NCBI RefSeq assembly: GCF_036971445.1
Contig: NC_091469.1
Location: forward strand, 268,460,001 to 268,524,000
Length of the DNA: 64,000 nt
Origin: Narcine bancroftii
Lineage: Eukaryota
Direction of reading: 5' to 3'
The position numbers and the translations under genes are program-made. This document shows, piece after piece, positions 1 through 12,695 of the stretch (its first letter is position 1; each line of letters opens with the position of its first letter). The notes under the pieces are model-generated. The model did not search any database. It saw only the letters and a program-made list of their open reading frames with translations, and had not been told where the DNA came from.

Positions 1-613
1 GGTGATCTGAATGGCCCAAGAGCAGAGGTGATACCCTGTGTAGCCTTGAATGATGCAAGTGGGTGATGAGGTTGGACCAGACCACATAGCCCTCCAGAAA
101 TATCGAACAGATCACAAACCTGTGACCAATCTGTCAGAAGACATTTTTTGTTTGTTTCTGATGTCTCCTACTACTGAAATATTGAATAAAACCATTAAAA
201 ATGAAATGTCCCTGTACAAAAATGAAGTAAAAATTAGGAAGGTAAAATCAATTAAAAACACATAACTTAATTAAACAGTAATAATATATAAAAAAAACAA
301 CATGGAGAGTTAAACCAATTTGAAACTTATCTTTGTTGAAATAAAAGGATTGACAGATCCTGCTTAAGCTCCTTTCTAGTGCAAGCCTTGAGAGTAGAGT
401 CCATGGTGTAAATACTGGGGAGGCTTAGAAAGCTTTTAATCTTCCACAGTCAGTCCAATAGCAGAAGTTACCAGTAAAGTTCAGGTGGAGCTCAAACTAT
501 GGAGTTTAAGGGTTCCACTTAGAACACAAATGCTGAAACATCCCAATATTTTCATGAAGAAATGCTACCAGTTCAGTGGTTAAAGTTCTGGCATTCAGTG
601 GTAAAGTGCGTAT

Positions 614-788
614 TGTCATGATAATGAATATGTATGAGATGTACCAGAAGTCACGTGGTATGAGAGAGAGATAAGAGCACAAGCAGGAGAACAAAGGAAA
701 CTAGAAAATAAAGACACTGAGAAGTTTACCTGATAAAACTTGTGTTCGATGTTTTATTAACTTCACATTTCGGGCCACAAATGTGACA
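614..788 (+). repeat. 5' LTR of gypsy element
   Basis: Direct repeat of 5190-5364, starts TGTCA and ends TGACA, contains AATAAA. Confidence 0.97.
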
Positions 789-789
789 T

Positions 790-803
790 TGGCGACGAGG
801 ATG
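790..803 (+). promoter_or_regulatory. Primer-binding site complementary to the tRNA-Ser(GCT) 3' end
   Basis: TGGCGACGAGGATG directly after the LTR; reverse complement of the vertebrate tRNA-Ser(GCT) end ...CATCCTCGTCGCCA. Confidence 0.8.
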
Positions 804-918
804 AAAGAAGCTTGAAGAAAATTAAAGACTAAAGAAGATTACAGAGGATTACAGACAACTTCAAGGTGATAAGAATTTTCTCTTTGACTCAGTACTTTTG
901 GGGCTGGAATATTTCCTC

Positions 919-3900
919 ATGGCTGGGGCAGACGGTGACTTTCTAACACATAGTGGAATTGCTCATTTTGACCCGACTGGTGATGCAAGCACTGTAAGTG
1001 TGAAGTGGAATGCATGGCTGGAAGAATTTGAATCCTACGCCGACAGTCGTGGCCTATTTCTAGATACCGGTATGGTTGAACAAAAGGCGCAGAGAAGGGC
1101 GTTACTTCTTTTTACTGCTGGACCCGCAGTTCGGGAAACATTTAAGACACTTTTGAATACAGGAAGAAAGGATGAATACCGGAAAGTGGTAGATGCATTA
1201 AATGCACACTATGTAGTGACACCGAATGCTACATTTCAACGCCATTTGTTTCGGAGAATGAGACAAGAAGATGGCCAGACAATTGCTCAGTACGTGACGA
1301 GACTACGCCAGCTAGCTGTTGGATGCAATTACATGCCAGCTGATTTGGACAACCAATTACTGGATCAAGTCGTACAGCACTGCAGATCAGATAAACGTCT
1401 ACTGGAAAGAGGGAGTGAGTTGGAACTTACCGATGCTTTAGCCATTGCTGCTGCATTAGAGGCTGTTGAAGGGCCATTTCATACCATGACCCTGAAAGAC
1501 AACTCAAGCCAGCAAATTAAGAGGCTCTCACATCGCCATAACTAGCCAAGATATGCGTCGACACAGGACGTGGAGTGTTATCGATGTGGAAACCGAGGTA
1601 ACTTTGGAAAAGACCCATATTGCCCAGCCAAAGGCAAAGTTTGCAGAAAGTGTGGAGGTAAGGACCACTTTGCAAAGAAGTGCAAAAGCAAGTCCAGTGC
1701 AGACCCGAAGAGGAAGAGTACAACTTCCAAAGGCAAAGCCTGGGGGAAAGGAAAGTATCCTGGAAAGAAAGATACCATTCGCCAGATAGACGGTGACGAT
1801 GATGATACCCAGGAGGAACAGAGTTGTTACAAATTTACGTTGAATGAAGTACGTCATGAGAAGGTCCCAGTGATCATTGGTGGAGTGACAGTTCAGGTCA
1901 TTGTAGACTCAGGCAGTGACAGTAATGTGATTGATCGACATTTATGGGAGAAGTTGAAAAGGAAAAAGATCATCTGTACCTCAAAGAAATGTTCCAAAAA
2001 ACTATATCCATACACAGCAACCAAGCCATTGCAGACCATTGGATGTTTTACTGCAACTGTTGAAGCTGGAGATAAGTACACCGAAGCAGAGTTTATGGTC
2101 ATAGAAGAGAGGGGAGAACCATTGCTGAGTAGAAGCACAGCGCAAGACCTGGCAATACTTCATATTGGAGCTTGTGTCAATTCAATTCAGTCATACGAGG
2201 ATATGAAGCAAGAATTCCCCGCAGTCTTCCAAGGAGTAGGAAAGCTGAAAGGTCGACAATTGAAGCTAGCGGTAGATGAAACGGTCAAACCCAAGGCACA
2301 ACCAATGCGCCGAACTCCATTTGGACTTCGTGGGAAAGTCAAAGCCAAAATTAAAGAATTGATCGAACAAGACATTATTGAACCGGTGGAACATTCGACA
2401 CAATGGGTCAGTCCCGTAGTGATTGTGCCCAAACCAAAGGGTGACATAAGACTATGTGTTGACATGAGAATGGCCAATGAAGCTATAATTAGAGAACAAC
2501 ACCCTATACCAACAGTGGAGGAAATACTTCAAGAACTAACTACCAGTAAGATATTCTCAAAAATTGATCTGAAAAGGGGCTATCATCAATTAGAGCTGGA
2601 TCCAGGTTCCCGAGATGTAACAACATTTGTGACTCACTGTGGATTGTATCGTTACAAGAGACTATAATTTGGAATTAATGCAGCTTCAGAGATCTATCAG
2701 TATGAAAACCATCGAGTGATTCAAGGCATTCCTGGAGTTGCCAACATTTCTGACGACATCATAGTCCATGCACCAACGAAGGAAGAGCATGACAAACGGT
2801 TGAGGCATGTACTATCTAGACTACAGGAGGTAGGCCTTACCGTGAATGGAAACAAGTGCCAGTTCGGTGTGTCAGAAATGGACTTCATGGGACACAGACT
2901 TACACGGGAAGGACTAAACCCCGCAGAGGCCAAGGTGAAAGCTATTGCAGAGGCACGTGCACCTCAGAATGCAACAGAGGTGAGGAGTTTCCTGGGATTG
3001 GTCAATTTTTGTGCAAAGTTCATTCCTAATTTCGCTACAGTGGCAGAACCACTAAGGAAACTAACCAGGAAAGGTGTACCTTTTCATTTTGGATCTGAGC
3101 AGAAGAAAGCGTTCACAGCGCTGAAGCAAAGCCTGACAGATGCAAAAACTCTTGGATATTACGATCCGGCGGCATCAACCAAAGTCATAGCGGATGCTAG
3201 CCTGGTTGGTTTAGGAGCCGTGTTAGTCCAGATGCATGATGGAGGACCGAGAATCATTGCCTATGCCAGCAAATCGTTATCGGATGTGGAAAGAAGATAC
3301 TCTCAGACAGAGAAAGAAGCACTCGGACTTGTATGGGCCTGTGAGAGGTTCCATGCATATTTATACGGCATTGAATTTGAACTCATCACAGATCATAAGC
3401 CATTAGAGGTGATCTATGCACCTAGATCCAAACCATGTGCCAGAATAGAGAGATGGGTACTCAGACTACAACCCTACAAATATAAAGTAATCCACATTGC
3501 AGGGAAAACAAACATTGCAGATCCGCTGTCCAGATTGGTGAAGGATGGTGGTCCACAATCCAAGTCAGAATTGGGAACAGAAACAGAGAGCTTTGTACGC
3601 TTCGTAGCTATTCAGTCGACACCGAAAGCTGTGACTACGAAGGAGGTCGAGAGAGAATCCGAACGTGATCCAGAACTCAGGGAAGTAAGAGAATGCATAC
3701 AGAGTGGACAATGGGACAAGTGTACTCACAAGGCTTACATTCCCATTAGAGACGAACTTTGTTGCATCAGACAGTGTGTATTAAGAGGTTGCAGATTGGT
3801 GATACCGCAAAGATTGAGACCGAAGATCGTATCCTTAGCGCATGAAGGACACCTAGGTATTGTTGGTACCAAGCAAAACCTCAGGACCAAGGTATGGTGG

Positions 3901-5011
3901 CCAGGTTGTTATAAGGATGCAGAGAAATTTGTTAAAACTTGTCATGGATGTCAAATCACAAGTAGGAGTAATCCGCCAGAACCGATCCGGAGTACGCAAC
4001 TCCCGACAGGACCATGGATCAACGTAGCTGTTGATTTTCTTGGACCTTTACCGACGGGTGAATCAATTATGGTAGTGATAGATTACTACAGCAGATACTA
4101 TGAGTATGTGGTGTTGAAGTCCACAACCACTGAAAAAACAATACAAGCGTTAGTAGAGATATTCGCAAGATATGGATTACCTGTTACATTATACTCTGAC
4201 AATGGTCCTCAATTCATTTCAGAGACATTTGCGGAATACATGAGGACCACAGGTATCCACCATCATAAAGTAACTCCGAAATGGCCGCAAGCCAACGGAG
4301 AAGTAGAGAGACAAAATCAGTCCATTGAAAAACGATTGAGGATTGCACACGCAGAAGGACAAAATTGGCGAGAAGCATTGCTATCTTATGTGGCTGTCTA
4401 TCGAGTAACGCCTCATGCAACCACTGGAAAAAGTCCTGCAGAAGCATTTTTTGGGAGAAAAATCCGCTCAAAAATGCCAGAAATAAAGGAAATCCGAGAC
4501 GACCAGGAGATGAAGGACCACGATGCTGAAAAGAAAGGTGCAGCAAAGCTGTACGTACATAGATTCGAAACATGGAGCCAAGTACTCAGACATCATGCCA
4601 GGAAATAATGTTCTAGTGAGGCATGAAACTGGTGGTAAGCTAGACACACCTTATTACCCTCAACCCTATACTGTCGTATCCAGAAGTGGCAGTATGGTGA
4701 CAGTCAAGTCTCCGACTGGAGTCCTGTATAAGAGAAATGTATCAGGTGTAAAAAGGTACCAGTCCAGAGATACATCGAGCGAAGAGGTTGAAAGGCCAAT
4801 ATGAGATGCTGAAACTGAGAGACCTGATGATGTTCCAGAGGCAGTTTCCAGCACTCCTGATGAAGTGACTAGAGCGGCAGAAACACCCGAAGCCGTGGCG
4901 AGCAGTATTTCCGACGCTGAGAGTGAACAACCGAGAAGCGACGACAATATCGCAGGCAGGCCGAAACGAAACCGAAAAGTGCCCAAACGATATGAAGACT
5001 TTGTGCCATAG
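919..5011 (+). pseudogene. Gypsy gag-pol polyprotein, disrupted
   Basis: ATG at 919. Two zinc-knuckle motifs (CYRC...C, CRKCGGKDHFAKKC), protease VDSGS, RT NISDDII, RNase H (DAS, TDHKPL, NIADPLSR), integrase HHCC and D-D-E, C-terminal RPKRNRKVPKRYEDF. In-frame stops at 1543, 2665 and 4802; GTAC duplication frameshift near 4556. Confidence 0.95.
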
Positions 5012-5189
5012 TTTTAATAAGAACTTTGGGACAGTATTTTAATCTTATATCATAAAGTGCATGTATGAGTGCTGTAGGAAGTAAATTTTATGTAGTTGAG
5101 TTATAGTATTACCATTAGTTACGATGTTTGTAGGTTTCCGAGGGATATTGGTAAGTGAAGGTAAAGTTTATTTCTGATTAAAGGAGGGA

Positions 5190-5364
5190 TGTCATGATAA
5201 TGAATATGTATGAGATGTACCGGAAGTCACGTGGTATGAGAGAGAGATAAGAGCACAAGCAGGAGAACAAAGGAAACTAGAAAATAAAGACACTGAGAAG
5301 TTTACCTGATTAAACTTGTGTTCAATGTTTTATTAACTTCACATTTCGGGCCACAAATGTGACA
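5190..5364 (+). repeat. 3' LTR of gypsy element
   Basis: Copy of 614-788, preceded by the PPT and followed by TSD CGTAT. Confidence 0.97.
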
Positions 5365-5929
5365 CGTATTTATCTCCTGTGATGCATATTTGCCCATTTT
5401 CATTGCATGAAGTGTATGACAAATTGCCGCAGCCTAATTAAAAAATAATTTAATGGAGTACAAAAATCTTTCAGCAAAATACAGGAGGACCTAAAAGAAA
5501 TACGAGGTATTCTGCTTTTTTCCGGGCTTCCGGAAATACAGTAAAATCCCCTAGTATCCACGACCTATGGGTATTGATAGATGCCAGTTGTTTGAGATTG
5601 CAATTTACTTGATTGGAAAACTAACCACTAGGGAGCCCAATTTTAAAGTTTCATTTTTTAATGCCTATTTATTTTCTGCAATTTTTATTCTGGTTGCTTG
5701 AGGTTGCTGGTTGTTTGAATTCCAAATAACATGAATTTTACAGTATTACTGTCAGAGGCTAGTGCATCCATCCCTTCTTGTCTTTTTATTGTGACCTTTG
5801 AATGTCTCTTGTTTGCTGGTAGTTGCAAGTTGTGGGCATGTACTTACTTACCTTCATTGGTAATTATGCAGGCCGCCAATGACAACGTAAGCAATGCGAT
5901 GCGCGGGAGTAATAGTGTGCATGCAGGGT

Positions 5930-8420
5930 TGTGTTAAGCGTCAGTATATGGGTGATGAATCTCATATGCAGGAGGAGGAGATTGAGAGCATCAGGATCAC
6001 TCGTGTGGCAGTGAGCCACTGAGAAGGTCAGAAGAGTTTAGCTGGGTGGTGTTTGGGGAGTTGAAGAATGCAATGTTGTGTCGAGTGAATAATAATGGAA
6101 AGTCAACTTCACGTGTGCTGAAAGAAACGAGTGACTGTATTCTTTATTTGTTTGTAAGTTGTGGTAAATCAGTGCCATTACAAATGGTGACCCTGTGACC
6201 TTCAAATTTAAAATGGATGGTGATGTGGATAAACCCATTAAAGGAGCAGTTGGGGAGGTCAAACTAAAGATTTATCCCTTTTTATTAATAATACACCAGC
6301 ATGGTTCATGATCCTTGAAGCACATTTCTCAGCCCTCAGTGTGACAATCAGAAGATGAAGTACGGTTTACATGTGGAGCATCTTCCAGAGCAAATTGCCT
6401 GTGAAGTGCAGGATGTCTTAGTGGATCCGGATTGTAATCTTCCATACGACATCCAGGGACACTCATATTGCCCAATTATTAGCTGATGACATCCTACATG
6501 ATAGGCAACACGATGATGAGAAGGTGGTGCAGGCTAGCTGAAACAGACCGTCGAAGCTGATTTACCTCGTCATTGTGAAGGAATTGTGTTATTATTAATC
6601 TTTAGTTATGAAATATATATTTCTTAGTAAAGGAATTGTGGGCTGGACAGGGACACACACAGAAACATGCAATCACACTTAGAGAGAAGCCATTTTCAGA
6701 GATGCAAAATCTGGTAAACAGGGCAATAAAACCAGAAGGGATTTTTGTTCACTGAAATATCGGACAACAGGGTATGCTCAAGGAGGACATCTGGTGAAAC
6801 AAAAGACTCTCTGCTTGTTTACTTATTTTGTGAGAATGGAAATTCAGAAGCATCTGTTCATAAAAGATGGATTTTGCTTGTGGCTTCAGCAGATAATTCG
6901 AAACTGTATCAACTCATACTTTTGGAAGAGAAGAAACTTCAAAGGCAGCAATAATGTCATTTCATGTGATTAAAGACATTTGAAAAACTATATTTTAATA
7001 TTGCACCAAGAAACATCTAAGGTCAGAAATGCAGTTGCCTCTGGTTGGAGAGGTACTCTTGTGTTGTATTCTCTTTATTATGAGAGATACACAAAATCAG
7101 TAGTAAAGAATAACCACTTCAGCTGTCTCTTTGAAAAGAGGACAGTTTCACCATGTCCATTTTTATATGATCACTTCATGTTACCCTTGTCTGGGTTTAT
7201 GAGATAATCATGCAGAGATCACAAGTACTGCAACCTCCAGCAAGAGAGGGCAATCGTTCGTATGAAGAAACAATTCTCTGAAAAACAACTCTACAAAAAT
7301 TTTGTGAGTTTTGAGAAGTCTGAGGCCTCACATCTACTCGATAATTACTTTTGAGCAACAATTTAAAGAATCTGAGTTTCAACACAAACTGACTGAACTT
7401 TAAAAATTGATTCTTTTTACAATAGTGCCTAAACTGCAATGGTTTGGGAACCNNNNNNNNNNNNNNNNNNNNNNNNNNNNNNNNNNNNNNNNNNNNNNNN
7501 NNNNNNNNNNNNNNNNNNNNNNNNNNNNNNNNNNNNNNNNNNNNNNNNNNNNNNNNNNNNNNNNNNNNNNNNNNNNNNNNNNNNNNNNNNNNNNNNNNNN
7601 NNNNNNNNNNNATGTAAGAAGCGTTATGTTATTAATAAAAATTATTGTTTTGAGGATACCATTGTCTTGGTGAATTTCTTTTGCTGCTGGTCCAGGTCAT
7701 AACAGTCATGTTCAAGAGCAAATGGTGAGTGTCTTTTGAATGTCCCCCCTTGATTAGTAAGCAGATCATATTGACCTGGTTATGTCCATGACCTCTGCAT
7801 TGAAGATAGATGGATTGACTTCTTCCCCTAGTCAACAGGAGCAAATGGAACTGGAACAACTGCTTACTGCACCACCTTGTGAAGTGCCAGCATCTTCTTA
7901 ATCGAAGATAGCATCGGCACCATAACAATCAAACTTATTTGGAGCAGCAAATAGCAGCACTGTCTATGCAGGTCCAGGCTTTAACATACAATGGATCGAG
8001 GGTCTCAGTTTGAGTTGGTGTTGTTCCAAACTGAATAATCTTCTGGGCACTACCAATATTTGCACTACAGCTTACCATCTGCAAGACAACAGCCTTGTTG
8101 AGCATTTTCATCAACAAATGAAGGCAGCATTACAGGAGGTGGTGATGCATCTACATGGAACGAGCATTTGCTCATGGTTCTCCTTGGAGTGCGTACTGCT
8201 GTTAAGGCAGATCTTGGATGTTCTCTGGCTGATCTAGTACATGGCACTACATTAACTTTGCCTGGCGAGTTTGTGAATCTGAGTCCAGGCGCAAAGCTCG
8301 TTATGTTGATCATTTTCCGGAAAACATGAGATAACTCCAACCTACTCTATGCAGCATCATCACCTGTAGTGTATGTGCTAAATGATTTATAACACTCTAC
8401 TCATGTGTTCCTCCGGTATG
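5930..8420 (+). mobile_element. Decayed gypsy element (gag and integrase remnants), interrupted by other repeats and an assembly gap
   Basis: PBS-like TGGTGACCC at about 6186. Gag-like ...PAWFMILEAHF...PEQIACEVQDVLVDP...PYD at about 6260-6450. Integrase remnant TTAYHLQDNSLVEHFHQQMKAAL...LPGEF at about 8040-8275. Boundaries approximate. Confidence 0.7.
7453..7610. other. Assembly gap (158 N)
   Basis: Run of N. Confidence 1.
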
Positions 8421-8734
8421 ATGCTACTCTTTTTAAAACAACGGCACAACATTAGCCACCCTCCAGTACTCCGACACTTCAGCCAAGGCAAACAACTATG
8501 TCATTATCTCAGCAAGGGCCTTCTTAATTTCTTCCCTATGGATAGGAGCTGCTGTACCAGCAGCACTGACACTGGTAAGGACCCTCATAGAGAGGGGAAA
8601 GGGGACACAGCACTCCTCTACAGGGTTCTACTGCCAAGTCCAACTACCAACAGCTCCTCTCCGGTTTTAAGCGGATTGTTAAAGGAGCCAACGGCGGTTT
8701 ATTTTAAAATCCTGTGTCTGCTGGGTCTAGGCCC

Positions 8735-9365
8735 AAGATGGCGGCACCTGTGTTTTGTAGTGACTTCAAGGGGCTACAGACTCTGAGGAAGCAGAGGACT
8801 GGTGCAGGACACCAGAAAACAGGGAGACTGAGGTCTGTTTGAGAAGGAGAAGCAGATGAGACATCCTTATGGGACAGTGACCAACACAGTGGATTAGTAA
8901 GGGGTTTTACTGCTGGAAAACACACAGGAGACAGAGAGGCTATTGGTGGCTCAAGGCGAGGAACCCACACAGGCTGCTGGGTACTGAGGTCAAAGGTCTC
9001 ACACCAGGCTGTGGGCTGCTGGAGACTGGCTGAAGAGGTACCAGGTATCAGATGTGAGAGGATGCTGAGGGTGCTGAAGGCTTCCTGATTGAGTCGGCGG
9101 TTAGGAACTGGAGCTCAGGTTGCCAATAGTTTGGACTGAAGTCTGCGGCTGCAGAGGCTGTGAGAGCGCTGCAGGCAAATCCACAGACACTACGACTCTG
9201 AATGGACTTTCTTTTGCTTCTCTTTCTCTAACTGTTAGGGACGCTGGGTAATTTCTGCTTATGGCAAATCTTTGTCTGCCTAAAGGAAGATTAAAAGCAG
9301 TTTTGTATAAAATTACATCTGTTTTATCACATGATAATAAAAGAATCTTGAATTTAAATTTCAAA
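8735..9365 (+). repeat. Non-autonomous retroposon/SINE-like repeat
   Basis: 3' part (GGACTTTCTTTTGCTTCTCTTT...GGCAAATC...AATAAAAGAATCTTGAAT) is shared with an inverted copy at about 17663-18050. Confidence 0.55.
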
Positions 9366-9859
9366 TTTCTGAAGAAATAAATTTCAACGCATTTCTTATT
9401 ATGGTCTTTTAAAAATCAATAAATAATGCAGATGTACCAAAAGTTGCTAAATTGATTTGAATTTTGCAATTACTTTTATCAAAATAAATGCTGTCTCACT
9501 GACTATGGCAATCCATCTGTCAGATGTCCATCTCTGTAAATGATTGGCTGCGTTGAGATGAACAGCATTTAGAATGTTGGAAGCAGCGATGAATTGGCCA
9601 GAGGACATGACCTAAAATGTAGGTATTTAAAATGATTAAATAGCAGCAGGAATCACATTCACTTTTCCATCTCTTGTGACAGCTCAGAAATAGTAACTCT
9701 ACTGGGGTTCTCCAGCATTACCTGTTTCATCACATTTACCTGTTCCTTTTATTTCATTCTTTTCTCCCAATTTCCATCCCTTCCTCTGCTCATTTTCTTA
9801 TGGAGGATATTCCAGCTAATTCTTTCCCTGCTTGACAGCTAAATTTTCCAAACTGTACA

Positions 9860-10490
9860 GCAACCTTTTATAGGAGCTCTATCAAGAGCATTCTTGCTGG
9901 CTGCATCATGGTGTGGTATGGTTGCTGCAGAGAAAATGGATCGGAGGTCAATCCACAGGACCAGAAGAGTCTCCCTCCCCACTACTGACGTGACCTACCA
10001 TGATCATTGTCTGAAGAGGCCGGGCAAAATCATTGAGGACCCTGCACACAGCATCTTTCAGCTGTGTGATAGTACAGATCTATCACCAATGTATATAGTG
10101 TATATAGTTACAGTATCTAGACTGTGCTTACAGCGATTGGCTGAGAGCTAAGCCACGCTGGGCCTTAAAGGCCTTAAAGGGTTGTGTCCCTAGCCAGGTC
10201 GGATCATTCCGGACTGGTCGGCCACCTGTGAAGAGCTCCTGTCTTTTGCTAATAAAAGCCTTGGTTTGGATCAACAAGTCTTTGATTCTTTCAACGAGCT
10301 CTACAAGCTGCTCACATCACGAAGAAGATACAGGAGGATCAGAGCCAACACTACCAGGCTGAGGAACAGCTTCTTCTCACGGGCACTAAGAATGCTGGAT
10401 GACCACTAACCATCCAAGACTCTCATTTGTACAAAACAATAATATTTATTTTTTAGAGATATAACACGTCCTGCATTTATATTATTTGCA
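9860..10490 (+). mobile_element. Rex1/Babar-like LINE 3' fragment, split by a solo LTR
   Basis: Decayed RT C-terminus (YRSSIKSILAGCIMVWYGC...RLRNSFF) resumes after the LTR. Confidence 0.65.
10065..10305 (+). mobile_element. Solo LTR (241 bp)
   Basis: TG...CA ends, AATAAA, 5-bp TSD AGCTG at 10060-10064 and 10306-10310. Confidence 0.9.
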
Positions 10491-11002
10491 GGGGGTCTAG
10501 GTCTAGTGCTGCAGGAGGGCACGGGAGCTTTGCTCCTGTACATCTGGAAAAAAAAACGGCAACAAAGAGCGGGGAATTTGAAGGAGTGTAGTGGGGATTG
10601 AACAGTGGTGGCAGCGGTTGCATCTAAAGCACAGCAGGAGTTTCAGGGAAGCAAGTGTTGGGGTGGGGAGGGGAAAGCGGGGTGCGTGAGGCACATGTGC
10701 GTGATGTCTGATCCACCAAGGTTGGTTCTACTGCGAGTTTAGCACCATCGTCATTTCCAGCTCCTCTGACGGAAGCACATGGTCGGCAGCGGGAAAAAGA
10801 AAAGGAAGGAACTAAAGAGGAAAATTAGCACTGCACCCTTGATTATTTGTCTGCATGTGTGTTAGGTCTGGTTGTGTGCCTGCATGTATTGCACCGAAGA
10901 CTGGAGAATGATGTTTTGTCGAGTTTTACTTGTGCAATCAGATGAGAATAAACTTGACTTAACATAATTGTTCCTAACCCATCTCTCCCTTTAATCCCAG
11001 TT

Positions 11003-11245
11003 ATTCCACAGACAATTTCGAAAGAACCAAAGACTTGTTGGTCCAAATCAAGGCTTTTATTAACTAAAAGACTGGAGCATATCACAAGTAGGTCGACCAG
11101 TCCAGAATGACCTGGTCTGGCTAGGAGCAATCCTTTAAGACCTGCCAGTAGGTGTGGGTACACTCTCAGACAATCACAGTCATCCTACACTACCATCTGT
11201 ACTTATATACATATACACATTGGTGATAGAATCTGTACTGTCACA
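11003..11245 (-). mobile_element. Solo LTR related to 10065-10305, inverted
   Basis: Reverse complement matches the 10065 LTR over most of its length; flanked by CAGTT on both sides. Confidence 0.7.
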
Positions 11246-11389
11246 CAGTTTAATCTAATGATTTAAAAACTACTGCTGGAATATTTTTGGTTGCCTAAAA
11301 TAAAGGTATTTCTAGTTTGTAATCAAGAGAATGGAACAGAAAGTGGAAATAAATGAACCATATTCAGACAGTAATTAATAATGAACAGA

Positions 11390-12695
11390 AAGGATCAGAG
11401 GTGGAGAGGGTCAGCAAATTTAGGTCCTTGAGAGTCACTGTCTCAGAGGATCTTTTCTGGACCCAACACACCAATGACATCAGGAAGAATGCACATCAGC
11501 ACCTCGACTTCCTCAGGAGTTTGTGGAGGTTTGGTATGACTCCAGAAATATTGGCAAACTTCTACAGATGTCTGGTGGAAAGTGTGCTGACCGGCTGCAC
11601 CATGGTCTAGTATGGGGACTTTAATACCCTGAGTATAAAGACCTGCAAAAGAAAGTGGAGTGTAATGTGGATTGTGGAGGGTCATGAGATCTCTCCAGAG
11701 ACCCTGAGATCTGAAGTGATCTCGCCTACCAATCAAGGGTAGATTCTGCCCACAGGTGAGGCTGACAATTCCAAGCAAGCTATGTGAATGGGCCCTGCAT
11801 TCAAAAGCCGTACATGGAGCCTGTGTGTTCCCTTTTTGCTGCTGCTGCCTTGAGACCAGCACTAAGTCTAAGCTGCCAGCCATGGGTGGGGATCGGATGG
11901 CCGACTGCAGTGGGCCCGTCTAAGATTCCGAGATGAGGTCGATGCTGGAAATCAGGTTCATTGGATATATTTGTTAGTTGTAATTAATTTACTGTTCATA
12001 GGTGTGTTGTGCTTGAGGGTGGATGGGCACTGAGTGTTTAACCTTTGCATTCCTGATTGGGAGTTAAGAATGTTTAGCAGATATTTATTTGCACCCGATG
12101 TGTTGTTATTTGAGTATTATTTGGGGTTAGTCTGTGTGAGTGTGTGCCCTTTGTGAATTCCCCTGTGTGTAAATAAGTCTATTGTTTGTTGATCATGAAT
12201 GTCCAGCCTTGATTCACTTTGAACCCATAAAACCTATTCTGAACACAATATTGACCCACAGCCCAGGACATCACAGGCAAAACCATTGAAAACATCTACA
12301 GGGAACACTGCCTTTGTAGAGCAGCAGTAATCATCAAGGATGCACACTATGCAGTACATGCTCTGTTCTCGCTGCTGCCATCAGGAAAGAGATATAGGTG
12401 CCACGAGAATTACATCACCAGGTTCAGGAACAGCTGCTATCCCTCCACCATCAGACTCCTCAACAATAAATCAATCAGGGACTCATTTACGGACTCTTAA
12501 TTTATACTCTTTTGATTTTTTTTTCCCCTCGCTGTATTGCATAGTCAGTTTGGTTACATTTCTTTATTTGTTTACATGTGTATGTTGTGTACAGTTTTTT
12601 TTGCTTTACCAATAAGTGGTCATTTTTCCTCACCTGCCGGAAAAAGAATCTCAGGGTTGTATGTGATGTCATGCATATAGTCTGAAATAAATCCA
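11390..12695 (+). mobile_element. Rex1/Babar-like LINE 3' portion with an LTR-like insert at about 11661-12250
   Basis: VERVSKF..L.VTVSEDL.WTQHT...FYRCLVESVLTGC motif; 3' tail GTATGTGATGTCATG...AATAAATC. Confidence 0.7.

Larger units (their letters stand above)
614..5364 (+). mobile_element. Full-length Ty3/gypsy LTR retrotransposon, Mag-like, recently inactivated
   Basis: 175-bp LTRs at 614-788 and 5190-5364 (TG...CA, 3 mismatches). 5-bp TSD CGTAT at 609-613 and 5365-5369. PBS TGGCGACGAGGATG at 790, PPT AAAGGAGGGA at 5180-5189. Gag-PR-RT-RH-IN order. Confidence 0.97.
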
